Assembly (NCBI GenBank): GCA_004431415.1
Contig: QPMI01000576.1
Location: 1 to 36,736 of the forward strand
Direction: 5' to 3'
Length of the DNA: 36,736 bases
Origin: Cyanophora paradoxa CCMP329
Taxonomy: Eukaryota > Plantae > Glaucophyta
The notes under the pieces are model-generated. The model worked only from the letters and a program-made list of their open reading frames with translations, had not been told where the DNA came from and ran no database searches. Every line of letters begins with the position of its first letter. Positions within the stretch are counted from its first letter, which is position 1. A program made the position numbers and the translations under genes. This document shows, piece by piece, positions 1 through 11,525 of this stretch.

Positions 1-629
1 CTAATGGGGCCGGTTATAATAATTATACGAATATCCGACAACGTTTAGTTTCATCTATATTTCGCCAGACCCTCGCGCTGGCGAATATTTGACGCTGGCG
101 AATTAAGCCTCTGTATTGAGAGAGGGGTATAGCGGCTGACCCCTCTGCGGAGAAAGTCGCGGGTGGCCCCGGGTGGCGAAATCAAGACGCTCGCAGATTA
201 ATTTTCCCAGGGGTTTCGGTTTTTGGCGAATTAAAGTGCTGGCGGATATCGTACGTTTACAGTATCTCCGGAATGATGCGGCGGAATCCGGATCCTGTGG
301 TGTGTACTTTGCATATATGATAGAATCGAGTATATACTGTACGCTTGAGCGTCCGTCGGACTCCGGACTCCGGACTCCGGAGTCCGGACTCGGGATTCGG
401 GATTGAGAAATCGATATCCGATGATCGACATGCATCACTGAATCATGGCATGGCCAATTAAAATATTGCGGTACCGTGCCCGCGGTCCGACGGTCGCGCC
501 GCGCGCGCGATCGCGACTCGCGCGCTGCGCATATATGCATGCATATGATGCATGCCCAAGCAGCCCATGGCCAACCACGCGCGCCCCGCGGCCGGCGCCG
601 GGCCAGCATTGCGCCAGCGCCCTGTTGTA

Positions 630-918
630 CCGTGTAACACATAAATACTAGTACTGGACCCACTTAATTAACAGAGTCCAAATCATGGAATTAACAAACC
701 GAAAGTTTTGACATAGTCTGTTATTTGGGACTCTGCTAATTCACTGCTGTCAGTCACCTCATACTATCTACCCCCCAAAATTACGGCCTCATACAAGCCT
801 AAATTTGCATGATCTGTTAATTTGGATTCTGTTATTTCGCCAAAGGGAGGGCCAGACTCTGAGATTAACCTGTTAATTAACGGACTGTTAATTTAGTGTT
901 ACACCGTTAGTTACACGG
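630..918. mobile_element. Possible host MITE with TA target duplication
   Basis: TA|CCGTGTAAC (628-638) ... GTTACACGG|TA (910-920). AT-richer interior with inverted TTAATTAACAG/CTGTTAAT subrepeats. Confidence 0.45.
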
Positions 919-1393
919 TATACGTACCGATCCGGATCCTCCGACTCGGCGATCATCGGATGATTCGGATCCCGATTCCCGATTGCCCGAATTCGAATCA
1001 GCCCGAGTCACTGGAGTCAGTAGAGACTCAGTACTAGTGGCGGGTCCGACGGTCACTGGCCATATATGCATCGCCGGCGACGTCGACTCTGCCGGCGCAA
1101 GTCACTGCCGAGTCAGTGCCGACGTCGACCCTTTGCGAAGAACCCACCCCACTGGGCCACTGGGCCAGCTTGCAGAAAACCTCGTAGGAGTCATAGCGTA
1201 GGGCCGTAGGCTACTATATAGCTATATCTAGCTAGTAGTCCTTCTAGTCCGACGGCCGCGGCCAGACTGAGAGGCTGAGAGCTGAGACTCTGAATGAGAC
1301 GTCGACGCACGGCGCGGCGACGGCGCGGTAGCGCAGCAGCAGCAGCAGCACTGCAGCAGAAGAAGCAGCCGCGCACTGCAGCTGCGGCATGTC

Positions 1394-1399
1394 ATCATC
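1394..1399 (+). repeat. Left 6-bp target-site duplication ATCATC
   Basis: Identical hexamer immediately outside both termini (1394-1399 and 29659-29664). 6-bp TSDs are typical of Polinton/Maverick rve integrases. Confidence 0.93.
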
Positions 1400-1470
1400 A
1401 CACATATGAATATTCATATTTTAATCCTCGGCGTTCCGCCTCAGGATTAAAATATGAATTTCATATGTGT
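1400..1470. repeat. Left terminal palindrome/hairpin
   Basis: ACACATATGAATATTCATATTTTAATCCT - loop CGGCGTTCCGCCTC - AGGATTAAAATATGAATTTCATATGTGT (one indel in the stem). Confidence 0.9.
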
Positions 1471-2162
1471 GATTCGATGTTATATCAATAAATCGATTAA
1501 TTTATTTGAATTTTCACCTGAATTTCATATTTTACATGCATTTTCATTAATTTAATCGATGTATATCGATAACTCGATTAATCGATATGTATCTTAATTG
1601 TAGTTAATCGAATTTATCATAATTCGATTGATTTAATTGAATCTAAATGATCTAATCGAATTATATCAATAATTCGATTAAATCATGTTCTTTCCGATTA
1701 AATCAATTAAATATTTAACTTTGTTATCAAAGTGTCTAAGTTGACTCACTTTTCATAAACATTTTGAACTCTTAGTCTCTTTGAATTTCTAAGATGACTC
1801 ACTTAGTCAACTAGTCACTTTGTTACCATATCATCAGGGTGACTCACTTTTAGATCACTTTGAATTTCAAGCAAAATCAACTTGGATTTCAAAAGTGGAT
1901 TTCTAAGTGGACTCAAATGTTCACTTTGTGATACATGTTAGCTCAATCCTTACTGTTTATGGTCAGGGTTGACTAAGTGGGGAGTTGACACATTTTTGAA
2001 ATCCTTTTTAGAAACTTAGTCCAAATATTTCCTGTGAATTTGAGTCACTCAACCCACTTAGTCAACTTGCATTGAATTCGTAACAAATCCATATACTATT
2101 ACTACTTTACGATTAAATGAGTCAACCTTGAGTCCACTTAAATATAATATAATATAATAGGG
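1400..2162 (+). repeat. Left terminal inverted repeat (~763 bp)
   Basis: Reverse complement of 28851-29658; similarity stops after ...TATAATATAATAGGG (2162). Outer part rich in ATCGAT/TTCGATT motifs, inner part rich in GTTGACT/AGTCAAC/GACTCA motifs. Confidence 0.95.
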
Positions 2163-2189
2163 ATGAGGGATGTTGAGTTTTACTGTAAT

Positions 2190-2744
2190 GAAATCGAATA
2201 GTATTCGAAACTTGACATTGCTTAATGTAGGGTGCATTCATATTTCGCTACATATACAGTAGATTTCTATCGTAAAGAATGCCGGAATCCGGAAAATAAT
2301 CATTGTAGAAAGCTATTGTAATAAAAAGGTAAATCACCCTGATCATCATTATAGAACTCATCAAAACGGAATCTATCATGTTTATGTCTCTCAGTCTTCT
2401 CAAATGTGAGGAAATTCATGTTTTATCGATCTCACTGCTACTGCTTGTGTTTTATGCTGAGCTTCTTTACCACAATGAATATATCAATTGCTAACATGCC
2501 TTCATTGAATAACAATGAGCTGTACAATGGCTTTCATCTAATAGCAGAACCAATGCAAACCAGGAGGTGATAGTTCCATCAAATATCTCACGTGTTTATG
2601 AACAATCCTAATACTTGTCTCAATATTGCTTGTTCAAGGTTCTCATAATCCAATTACCAAGAAGCTAACATGCTCATAGCCTGTTGCTATAGCTGTTTTA
2701 GCCTTGTAATCAGCATTACATGAAGCTCTGTATTTAGTCTCCAT
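2190..2744 (-). CDS. Hypothetical protein, frameshifted; 3' end uncertain
   Basis: ATG at 2744 overlaps the upstream stop (TAATG) and reads METKYRASCNADYKAKTAIATGYEH... No recognisable motif. Confidence 0.3.
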
Positions 2745-3877
2745 TAAGAATACTTAGAAAAATTATTAATCCTAATCGAACCTAATGCAAATATCCCTGT
2801 ACTCTACTTTGATGATGAAGTAGCCCTTTTCCTGTAAGCCTGAGAATGCTTTTTGTTGCATTCCTACAACCTGATCCTTCACATGATTAAAGGATATGTA
2901 AGGATCACCTTGTTACACTGCAAACATCTAACAGATACTTTCTCTTGAGCTTTGATGTAATGTGTCTCACTGTAATCGAATTTATCTTTACCATGAACTG
3001 TCATAGCAGCATCATAAACTTTTTTGTTTTACTATCATACTCTATATATAACCAATATTCTTATGGAGCAGTATCCTGCCCAAAAATGGGAAATATCGAT
3101 TTGTCCATAGTATTCAGCATAGGTATTCTGCTTTGCAATAAAATCGGTTCTCTCAGCATATAATACACACTTGTAGATACCAAACTTGGTGGCTCTAACC
3201 AGAAACTGATAATCTTCCAACCAAAATTGACTCCATGATAAGCAATTCCGAATTATCATATGGGGTGATCACAACAGCAAAATTAGGAGTTCACCCTCTA
3301 CTTGACAAAGAGCATAAACATCTGGTGGATATCCACAACTACCTTGTAGTGGTCACCAATTTCAACAAGAGAGTCTACTACTGCTGTTTGTTCATTTACA
3401 ACAATGGGGAATATTTTTATTATATAGGGGCATTCATGCTGGGACATAGGTTCGAATTCTTGTGTTGGGATCAATGGATTGGGTTGATCATTCACAAATA
3501 AAGGCGCTCCAACAGCCCACCAACCCTAAGACCATCCCAATATATGCTCCCCCGATTTGCAGTTAATAGCTCCCGACCTAGATTCAAAGAATAAGTAGAC
3601 AGAGATCTCCATAGCTATCTGGGTCTCCATAATGAGCAGAAAAGTTTGCATTTGTGACAAGTAGCTTAGTTGTCTTAACTATTCCATTATTTTTATCACA
3701 TCTGAGTTCCTGTAATCTCAGTTGTGGGTGGAACCAAAGTGTTCATTGTAGGTTGGACCTCTGTGGATTGGAGACCCTCTACATCATCAAAGGTAGCATG
3801 CTGTAAAACATGGTTTGCTGGGGCAGCTAATGATAGTTGAGGTGTAATAATTCGTTCAAGTGGGGTTGCTCAGCCAT
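2744..3877 (-). CDS. Fibre-like paralog F1 (shared N-terminal domain, unique C-terminus), frameshifted
   Basis: Manual reading gives AAPANHVLQHATFDDVEGLQSTE...NNGIVKTTKLLVTN...SGAINCKSGGAYIGDG (with homopolymer corrections), matching F2-F4. Runs into ORFs 3298-3495 and 3035-3259. Confidence 0.55.
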
Positions 3878-3878
3878 T

Positions 3879-4738
3879 TTACATTAAAGGGATATATCTT
3901 TTATGGGGTTGGGTCATCAATTACATCTGGCTCCATGTAAAACCCTGTAACTGAAAGAGTATCAGGAGTTACACCTCTAAGAGCTGATACAGCGGCTATA
4001 TCTGTTCTCAAACCGATAAGAGTTATAGTATATAACCCAATATCAGTAACAAACAGTCAAAGGTGAAATTATTATTATAAACACAGTAGCCATAACCGAA
4101 ATGATTATATCCCTGAACATTGAAATAGTATCTATGACCTACTGATTGTTGTTGGCTCTACAAGGGAAAGCATTGCAGATGGAATCGCAAGACCTCTCAG
4201 TACTCTTTTGGTTCCTTCAATTAATTCCGAGTTTTCAAGAGTAACAGTATATCCAATGTAAAATTGAATTAATGGCTGCTGTGCAACAGGAGTATATAAT
4301 CGAATTCGTTGGGGTCTTCTACATTTTGCTCTAGAGTATCTGGGACATCATTATACGAAATTGAGGATGAAAGCTGACCTGAAATTCGACAGCCACCCCA
4401 ATAAATGCTCCTCCTGATCTCACAGTAACAGCAGCAGAATTCTTATCGAAATCAAGGCTTTCAGATCAACACTGTAAGCATCAGGACCTCCATTGGTAGG
4501 CTGGAAAAGTTAGCATTTGTGACAGAAGTCGAGTTGTTTTAACCACACCAGAATTCTTATCAGCTCTCAGCTCTTTAACTCGAATAATCGAATTTTTATC
4601 AAAGGAGTTGCCATTGGAATTGGGTCTCTCTGTGGATTCTAAACCACGAACCTCATCATTTACTTCATGCTGGCGAAAATGCATTGCAGGGGATCCAAGG
4701 GAATATATAGGCAGTTGAACTCGATTATATTCACCCAT
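3879..4738 (-). CDS. Fibre-like paralog F2 (shared N-terminal domain, unique C-terminus), frameshifted
   Basis: ORF 4481-4777 (NSIIRVKELRADKNSGVVKTT) continues as SAAVTVRSGGAFIGGG near 4400-4440. Stop at 3879-3881. Confidence 0.6.
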
Positions 4739-4773
4739 TGCTTCTTTTACTAAGAAGGAAAGAAAAATAATGT

Positions 4774-5040
4774 TCATTGTTCTTCTGTGACATAATTATA
4801 TTCGATACCTTTCTTTACAGTTCCCCTTTGGAATGCATGTAAAACGATGGCTTCCTTTGAGGTTGGTATTTGAATTCCTGATGCAATGCAAGACTGGATC
4901 TCTTTCTGAACAATATCATCAATTGCAATTCTTGCCCTGTTATGAACCACATTATCAATCCAATCCTGAACAGAAGCTGCACAGAATTCCATTCCCAGCT
5001 TCTCAGTATCTGAGAGAACTACTTGGTAGATATTCGACAT
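4774..5040 (-). CDS. 88-aa protein resembling the small tailed-phage proteins encoded after C1q-type tail fibres
   Basis: Intact ORF MSNIYQVVLSDTE...QDWIDNVVHNRARIAIDDIV...QIPTSKEAIVLHAF.RG.VK. I recall this pattern from aquatic Caudoviricetes hypothetical proteins; not verified by search. Confidence 0.65.
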   Translation of the reverse strand: MSNIYQVVLSDTEKLGMEFCAASVQDWIDNVVHNRARIAIDDIVQKEIQSCIASGIQIPTSKEAIVLHAFQRGTVKKGIEYNYVTEEQ

Positions 5041-5042
5041 TC

Positions 5043-6074
5043 CTACTTTATAAAGAGAAAATTTATGTGACACTCAAAAGTTCACCTGTGAATGTTGTTC
5101 GATTTGTGTAGCTACCCCATTATTTGTTACAAGTGTTATATACTCACCCATAGCAATGTTAAGAATTACACTAATGTAAAGCGGTTTATTCGTAAGAGTT
5201 GAGTCATTTTGTGTTATGATACTTTGACCCCTGGGTCTTGGTCATTTACTTTTAAAGAGAGACTTATTGGACTACTTGAAGTTGAATGGTATATGCTGTA
5301 AATCTGTAATGACCTGCAACAGGAGCAGTGAACCTTCCATTACTGACATTGAATGCCCCCTATTATTCACAAACACTACTCCCAATTGATAAGAGCAGTT
5401 TCACTGTAGCAACATGAGGATATTAAGTTGAACAGAAAATCGAGGCTGATAGTCATATTTTAAATAACAATTTGTGTTGATTGTCAAGCGATTGGCTTCC
5501 AGAGTAGCCATAATATCACTGTTGCGTTTCAAACAAGATTCACATTGCTCCTGTATCGATTTCAGGTGTGACCACCTTGGAAGTTGCTGTTATTATCGAT
5601 TGTGTTGTTTCTGGAATACTTATGCCTCCATTGGCTGTTACTGAACCTGTAAATGTGCTTGTTCCTGTAATGTTTACTTGATTGGCTGTTAGAGTTCCAT
5701 CAATCCTTGCCCATCTCCAATATATGCCCCTCCACTTCTAACTGAAAGAGCAGCATTATTAATTGTATTATCAAAAGTAACTATTTTGGGTGTGGTGAAC
5801 CCTCCCACATTGTCATAAATTGCTGTATCTGAAACAATTTGACCTGATTGGACTTGGTTCTTGTTAGATACAATGAGTCCTGTGGTTCTTATTTTTCCCC
5901 CATTGCGATCACATCGAATTTCTTTGCATCTAATCACAGAATTTTGTGAAAACGAATCAGCCCTGTTGTTTCTGTGCAAATAAACCCAGGTGTTGCATCT
6001 GTTACTGTATGGTTCAGTTGATGTATTTTTGGGGCGGCATAACAGAAAACAGGAACTGCTATTTGTGTGGACAT
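5043..6074 (-). CDS. Fibre paralog F3 with C-terminal C1q-like domain, frameshifted
   Basis: N-terminus KEIRCDRNGGKIRTTG...SVRSGGAYIGDG. Beta-shaft ANQVNITGTSTFTGSVTANGG. C1q signature GAFNVSNGRFTAPVAGHYRF at ~5300-5360. Confidence 0.75.
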
Positions 6075-6096
6075 TCTTTATATTATACAGATAATA

Positions 6097-7165
6097 TTAT
6101 GTAGCAGTAACAAGATAACAAGAAAAATAGTATCTGATATCAAATTGAAGACTGGCTCCAGAAGAATTGCGTATATCAAAGGAGTCACCTTCAATAACAG
6201 AAAGTAAAATTTCATATGAAATTGGAGTTACAAATGTATTAGAAATCCCTGCGGACGGCATTGAAACCCTTGTTTGGATGGTTGTAGGATTTCCATTTAA
6301 ATAAATGCTGGTAGCAATATGAGTATAAGAGGTTGTGCCAGCTCTCATACATGCAAAGAACACCCTATATACTCCGGAAACAGGAGCTGTAAATTTTGTG
6401 GATGAAAAGTTTCCTTCATTGTTTACAAGATAAGCTCCATTTATAAAGTTAAAGGGTGTTCCAGCTGTAAGTATTATGGACCCTGTCAAACCAGGAGCTT
6501 GTCTTGATATATTCATTCTTGGACAATAGGATCGTTTCAGACCACTATTTTCCGGATTGTGATTGCTTTCAGATCTGTTATTGTCTTTTCGAGAGTGAAA
6601 ATGGTATTTCCGTTTCGTTTATAATTCACATTTGCATCTGTCCCATTATCCATCTCAGGTGCATTAACTCTTGTTGTAGCTTTTCGAGTTTCAACGCTAA
6701 CATTTCCCAAGAGTCCACCATTGAAGGTCATCAATCCTGTAAATGAACTTGTCCCATTCACATTTAATTGATTCGCTGTTACAGTCCCTGCAACATTTGC
6801 CCATCTCCAATGTATGCTCCTCCACTCTTGACAACAAGAGCCGAATTATTTATTGTGTTATCGAAAGTTACTATCTTTGCTGTGGTGAATCCACCCACAT
6901 TATCATACACTGCTGAATCTGGGACTACTTGACCTGCTTGAACTTGATTTTTATTCGAGATAATAATTCCTGTGGTTCTTATCTTGCCTCCATTTCGATC
7001 ACATCGAATTTCTTTGACTCTGAGTATATTATTCTCTGTGAAAGAGGTATTACTTGAAGTTTCAGTGCAAATATACCCAGGTGTTGAATCAACTACTCCA
7101 TGAGAGGTGCTATGAAGTGATTTGGCTGCAAGTTCATAGTTTGGGATTTCTAATAGAGAGGTCAT
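6097..7165 (-). CDS. Fibre paralog F4 with C-terminal C1q-like domain, frameshifted
   Basis: Joins ORFs 6779-7201, 6537-6761 and 6097-6516. N-terminus is highly similar to F3. C1q signature NNEGNFSSTKFTAPVSGVYRVFF...LLSVIEGDSFDI. Confidence 0.8.
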
Positions 7166-7184
7166 CTTTATAATTACGAAATAG

Positions 7185-10100
7185 TTAAATTGCGACAGCA
7201 ATGTAATGGATCGTTACAGTTTTGGATGAATTATTCATTGCATATGGATCAGTGAAAAGTTCACAAGTGAAATAATCACTGTAAACATTCAACAAATTCA
7301 CAGTAAAAACGACGGGAGTTACTTGATAATTTGGTTCTTGTCCTTCATGCCTGACTGTTGCTGTCACAACAGGAGGAGAAGCAAAGGCATTGGTAAAATA
7401 GATAGTTAGATTGAACACATATAAATTATTGTAATTCAAAACAGGAGTAGTGTAAACATACTTTCCTGCTTGAATTTTCCCATTGAAATATGCATTGAGT
7501 TGACTGGAAAGATCTGCTTCTGTGATACATCTACTAATAGTCTGATTATTGGAAGGGTTCATAGCATAGAAATTTCTTGCATAAGCATTTCCACGAACAA
7601 GTAAGGTTTTATCAAAGTAATTTTGCGAATTGTGGAAGAACCATGTTTCTTCAAACATAGGTCCTGCTGGTTCTACAATCTGACCTGATCCTACATACAT
7701 TGTGTTGTTGGCTCTAATTGTGGTTGCTGTGAAGGGATCAAGAGTTGGTCTATTGGTAAGATCATTGTAGTTGCCTGAGAAAATTGCAGGTTTGTTATAG
7801 ATATCTGTATTCCAATCATGAGTGTGTGCAAAATCTGTAATCTCTGCCTTTGTGTGATTGTGAGCAAAATCTGTAATCTCTGCCTTTGTATGGGTGTGAC
7901 CAACATATGCAACATTTCCGAGATCTAATATCTCTGATTTAACATGAGTGTGAGCGAAATTCGTAATATCTGCTCGGGTGTGATAGTGTGCAAAATCTGT
8001 AATTTGGGACTTGGTGTGGGTGTGTGCGAAATCTGTGATTTCTGCCTTTGTGTGGGTGTGTGATCTATTATTAAGATCAAGGAAGCTTCCCGAAAATGCA
8101 ACAGGATGCAGATTTGCAGCAGTAGGTTTATTAATGAGATCATTATAATCTCCTGTAAATGAAATGGTTTTCAGTTCACCCCTTCCTACATAATCAGAAG
8201 GTAGATCAATCTTGATGGGCATGATAGCTGGATCATCTGGAATCTCATACTCACCTCCTGGGTGAACCACAGGGAAGGTTTGATTGCTTTCAGTGTGGAC
8301 AAAGAAATTGCATGCTGTTACTGTTCCATCAATAATCCCACCTGTGAGAGGGAGGTAATTTCCTGTGACTCCTATACCTGCAATGATTGTATTAAGTTCT
8401 GTTTCATCTATGTAGTTTTGGGCTTGCAGGTAATCCTCTGTGACCACTCTTGATATGGTCTCATTGTGAATATTCTTTGCTGCTGCCCTTTGATTAATTT
8501 CTAAAACTCCCTCACCCACTCCACCATTATAATTCGTTTTTATCCATGCCATCTCACATCTCTTATAGTCATCTCGATTTCCTATGAGAGCATCAGGTAA
8601 CAGTCTCTCCCTGCTGAATATTAATTTTGGTCTTGAACCATCCAAATCACTCACATCAGTAACATTAATTTGGATTGCTGCATCTTTGTCATCATAGTTG
8701 ACTGGATCAGATGGGAGTGGTGGTAATCCTGATGTCATTGGGATGTCATCAGCATAGTAACTTGTCAAATAAATACCTGGTTTGGTGTCCAATGCTCCAA
8801 AGTTTCCACCTGCTGCAATCATCTGCATTCTTGTAGGGGGTCTGATGTATAATTCACCCTCCATAGTAGTCCCTGCATCAATGCCTTTTCGATTTACATA
8901 ATAGTCATTGAGTTGCAGCCTTTCAGGTATGGCATTGCTCTGGTAAAGACTCACACCATGTGAGAAATCTGTTAACAGATTGCCTGCAGATGCAAATTTG
9001 GGTTGCTGGTCAATTTCACCCAAGGGTGTCTGTGATTACAGTTGGTGATCTGGGTATAATCATGAGTGTGAGTATCAGGAGGGAAGGTGATAGGTTTGTC
9101 CACAATATTTGACCAGGCATGTGTGTGATCATCTGGGGGAAAAGTCAATGGTTTGTCCACAATATTTGACCAGGCATGTGTGTGATCAAAGTCTATAATT
9201 TGGTCTTTGGTGTGAGTATGGCTTCTGATCCACCCATCCACAACATTTGAAGTTGGATGATGTGGAAGGTTTGCATTAGATGTAACTGTAAGATAATCGA
9301 CAGTGATATTGCTTGCATAAAGGTTACTTGTGTAAAGGTTACTGGTAACAGTTAGGTCCCTGTGATTGTTCCACCAGTTTTGAGAAGATACTTTGATAAT
9401 TCAAGAGCAAGTTCATTTTTCGTTACATAATTTGCAAGCATAGCAAGGGTAACTATATTCACAAGGATCACAGCAGTAAGGTAATCCTCTGTGACCACTC
9501 TCGAAATATTTTCATTGTGTATGTTTTTTGCAGCCATCCTCTGATTGGCTTCCAGAACCCCACCATAATCGGTTTTAATCCATGCAAGCTCTGCCCTCCC
9601 ATAATTATCATTTGCAGTTCCCACTATGGGAATATACGAATATTTATCTCTGCTGAATACTATCATTGGTCTTGAGCCATCTAAACTGCTTACATCTGCT
9701 ACATGAACCTGTATAGCAGAGTTGAAATTTTGGTAGGTTGCTGGGTCTGTTGGGACTCTGAATGTATCTGTGGGAATGTCAGCCTCCATGTAGCTTGACA
9801 CAAAGATATTTGGTATGGTTGCTCCTGGTTCAGGTGGTGGATTATAAGAGCCTGGTAGTGTCCTAATATGAAGTGGTCCTCTCATAGCTGAATTCGCAAG
9901 TGTCCCATTCACATGAACATAGTGTTCATTCAAAAAGATTCTTTCAGGGACATTACAAGTCTGATAAAGAGAAACCCCCAAGTTATCAAGAGGCTCTACC
10001 TTTGCGAATTCTGGTTGGTCATTGATCTCATCCCAAGTGTGTTCATGTTTGCTTGGTGGGAACTCAGTAGGTATCCCATCAATATCACCCCAATCATGCC

Positions 10101-11482
10101 TGTGATCTTCTGGTGGATACTTTTGAGGTTTGCCTAAGATCTCATCCCAATCATGATTGTGATCCTCTGGGGGATACTTTGCAGGTTTATTATTTATTTG
10201 TTCATAATCAGGAAAGAACTCCCAGATCTCAGGTCGAAATCCATCTGGTAACAATTCCTCATGGGGTTCATAAGGTTGCTCATAATCAACAGCTGGTGGA
10301 TCATGCCCATCTGGCAAATACTCCTCATCAGGTTCATAGTTCTGCTCATACTCAAACTCTTGGGGATCTAAGCCATCTGGTAGTATCTCCTCCTCATTGG
10401 GGTCAAACTGATCATATTCATATTCTTGTGGGTCAAAACCATCTGGTAAATATTCTTCCTCATCTGGAACGAATTGATATTCATCAAGCTCTAATATATC
10501 GACTTCAGGAGGTAAATACTGCTCATCTATTTGCTTTCTGGGTTCAATTATAGGTTTATTGCGAACTTGCTCCCAACTAACAATATGCTGCCCAAAGGCT
10601 ACATCTTCAGTTGCTGTGTATTCTCTTCCAGGCTGTTTCTTTGGTGTTAAATCGGGAGGTCCATTTGGAAATGGAATAGGGAATGGGACTGTTGGTCCAT
10701 TGGGACCATAATGCTCAATTATTTCCCTTAGAGTTTTCTCACTCACAAGTTTCTCCCCATTTGCATACACATTGCTGCCATGGATATTTCGCCATTGCCT
10801 GGTTCTAATTCCAAGGTCTTTCACATTGCTATACAAAGGCAAAAGGTGCCTATCCATTTCGACTAAATCAGGATGTAAATGGATTGCTACTGGTTGACTG
10901 GGGCTACTGTTGATTGTAATTGATGGCTTTTTTTGATGGACATCTTTTGGAGTAAAGAAACCAAAAGGCTCATTTCTTGCAAAGTCATAAGTAATATCCT
11001 TGGGTAGACATCATTTGTGTAGGAGACCTGATTTGTATTGGCAATGGGACCCACTTGCAATACTTGGGGACCTCAGCTTTTGCAGTGCTGCCCTCATTGT
11101 AAATTCGCAAAGCTGTGTTCTGTTTGCCCTGCTCATCTTGAACATTGAAAATCAATCGACCACTATCGAACCTGGAAGGTATATCTGGGTGAGTGCCACT
11201 GGTTTTTAGTTTCCTAGGTCTCCTTCTTGTTGCTTTGATCTCTGCCACTTGGTTTGCTTTCACATTACCCAAACTAAAGGCTACACTGACATCCTCTTTA
11301 TCTGGATCGGTTTGATTCACAGATAAAGCATGCTCCCTTGATTGAGTCTTTGATGAATTATCAGAGCTGTGGTCAATTGAAACTGAACCCTTTACTTTAA
11401 TATTATCAAAGTTCACATGCTTGGTGCTGCTTGCATTATCATCTTGAATGGTTTCTAGATTTGGTGGGTAATTGAAGCTCAT
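7185..11482 (-). CDS. Large phage-tail-fibre-like protein (~1400 aa if ORFs 10985-11482, 9352-10857, 8972-9241 and 7185-9023 are one gene)
   Basis: Phage fibre motifs HLLP..N..DLG...WRNI, YLLKTGGTITG, YLPLTGGIIDG, (V/I)xFSGxYNDLxNKP, and ~15 HxH repeats (HTHTKAEITDFA). C-terminal FTNAFASPPVVTAT...TIHYIAV resembles H-type-lectin/gp53-like tips. The join is inferred. Confidence 0.75.
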
Positions 11483-11525
11483 GGCTTTTACTATATGGAT
11501 TTATAAAATTCCTGATAAGTAAAAG

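Noticed and set aside
20-263. Second host MITE with GGCGAAT subrepeats ending ...TTTACAGTA
   Set aside because: The left TIR is too degenerate and no TSD can be confirmed.
355-402. CCGGACT/CGGGATT heptamer run; also (CAG)n near 1334 and (TA)n near 35135
   Set aside because: Ordinary host simple repeats.
1730-2140. CRISPR-like array in the GTTGACT/AGTCAAC repeat zone
   Set aside because: Repeats are short, in both orientations and irregularly spaced, with no cas genes. They are TIR-internal iterons.
2742-5045. Polycistronic translation coupling from stop/start proximity (TAATG, TAAAATG, TAGGAATG)
   Set aside because: At least two of the downstream genes have their own AAAG upstream motif embedded in the previous gene, so genome compaction explains it.
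5043-7165. Diversity-generating retroelement or shufflon acting on fibre tips
   Set aside because: No reverse transcriptase or invertase, no adenine-specific template/variable repeat pair seen, and all paralogs share one orientation.
2744-11482. Bacterial prophage or contaminant, suggested by phage-like fibres
   Set aside because: The genes lie inside TIRs with a TSD alongside jelly-roll capsid, A32 ATPase and rve integrase genes. No terminase, portal or HK97 capsid is visible.
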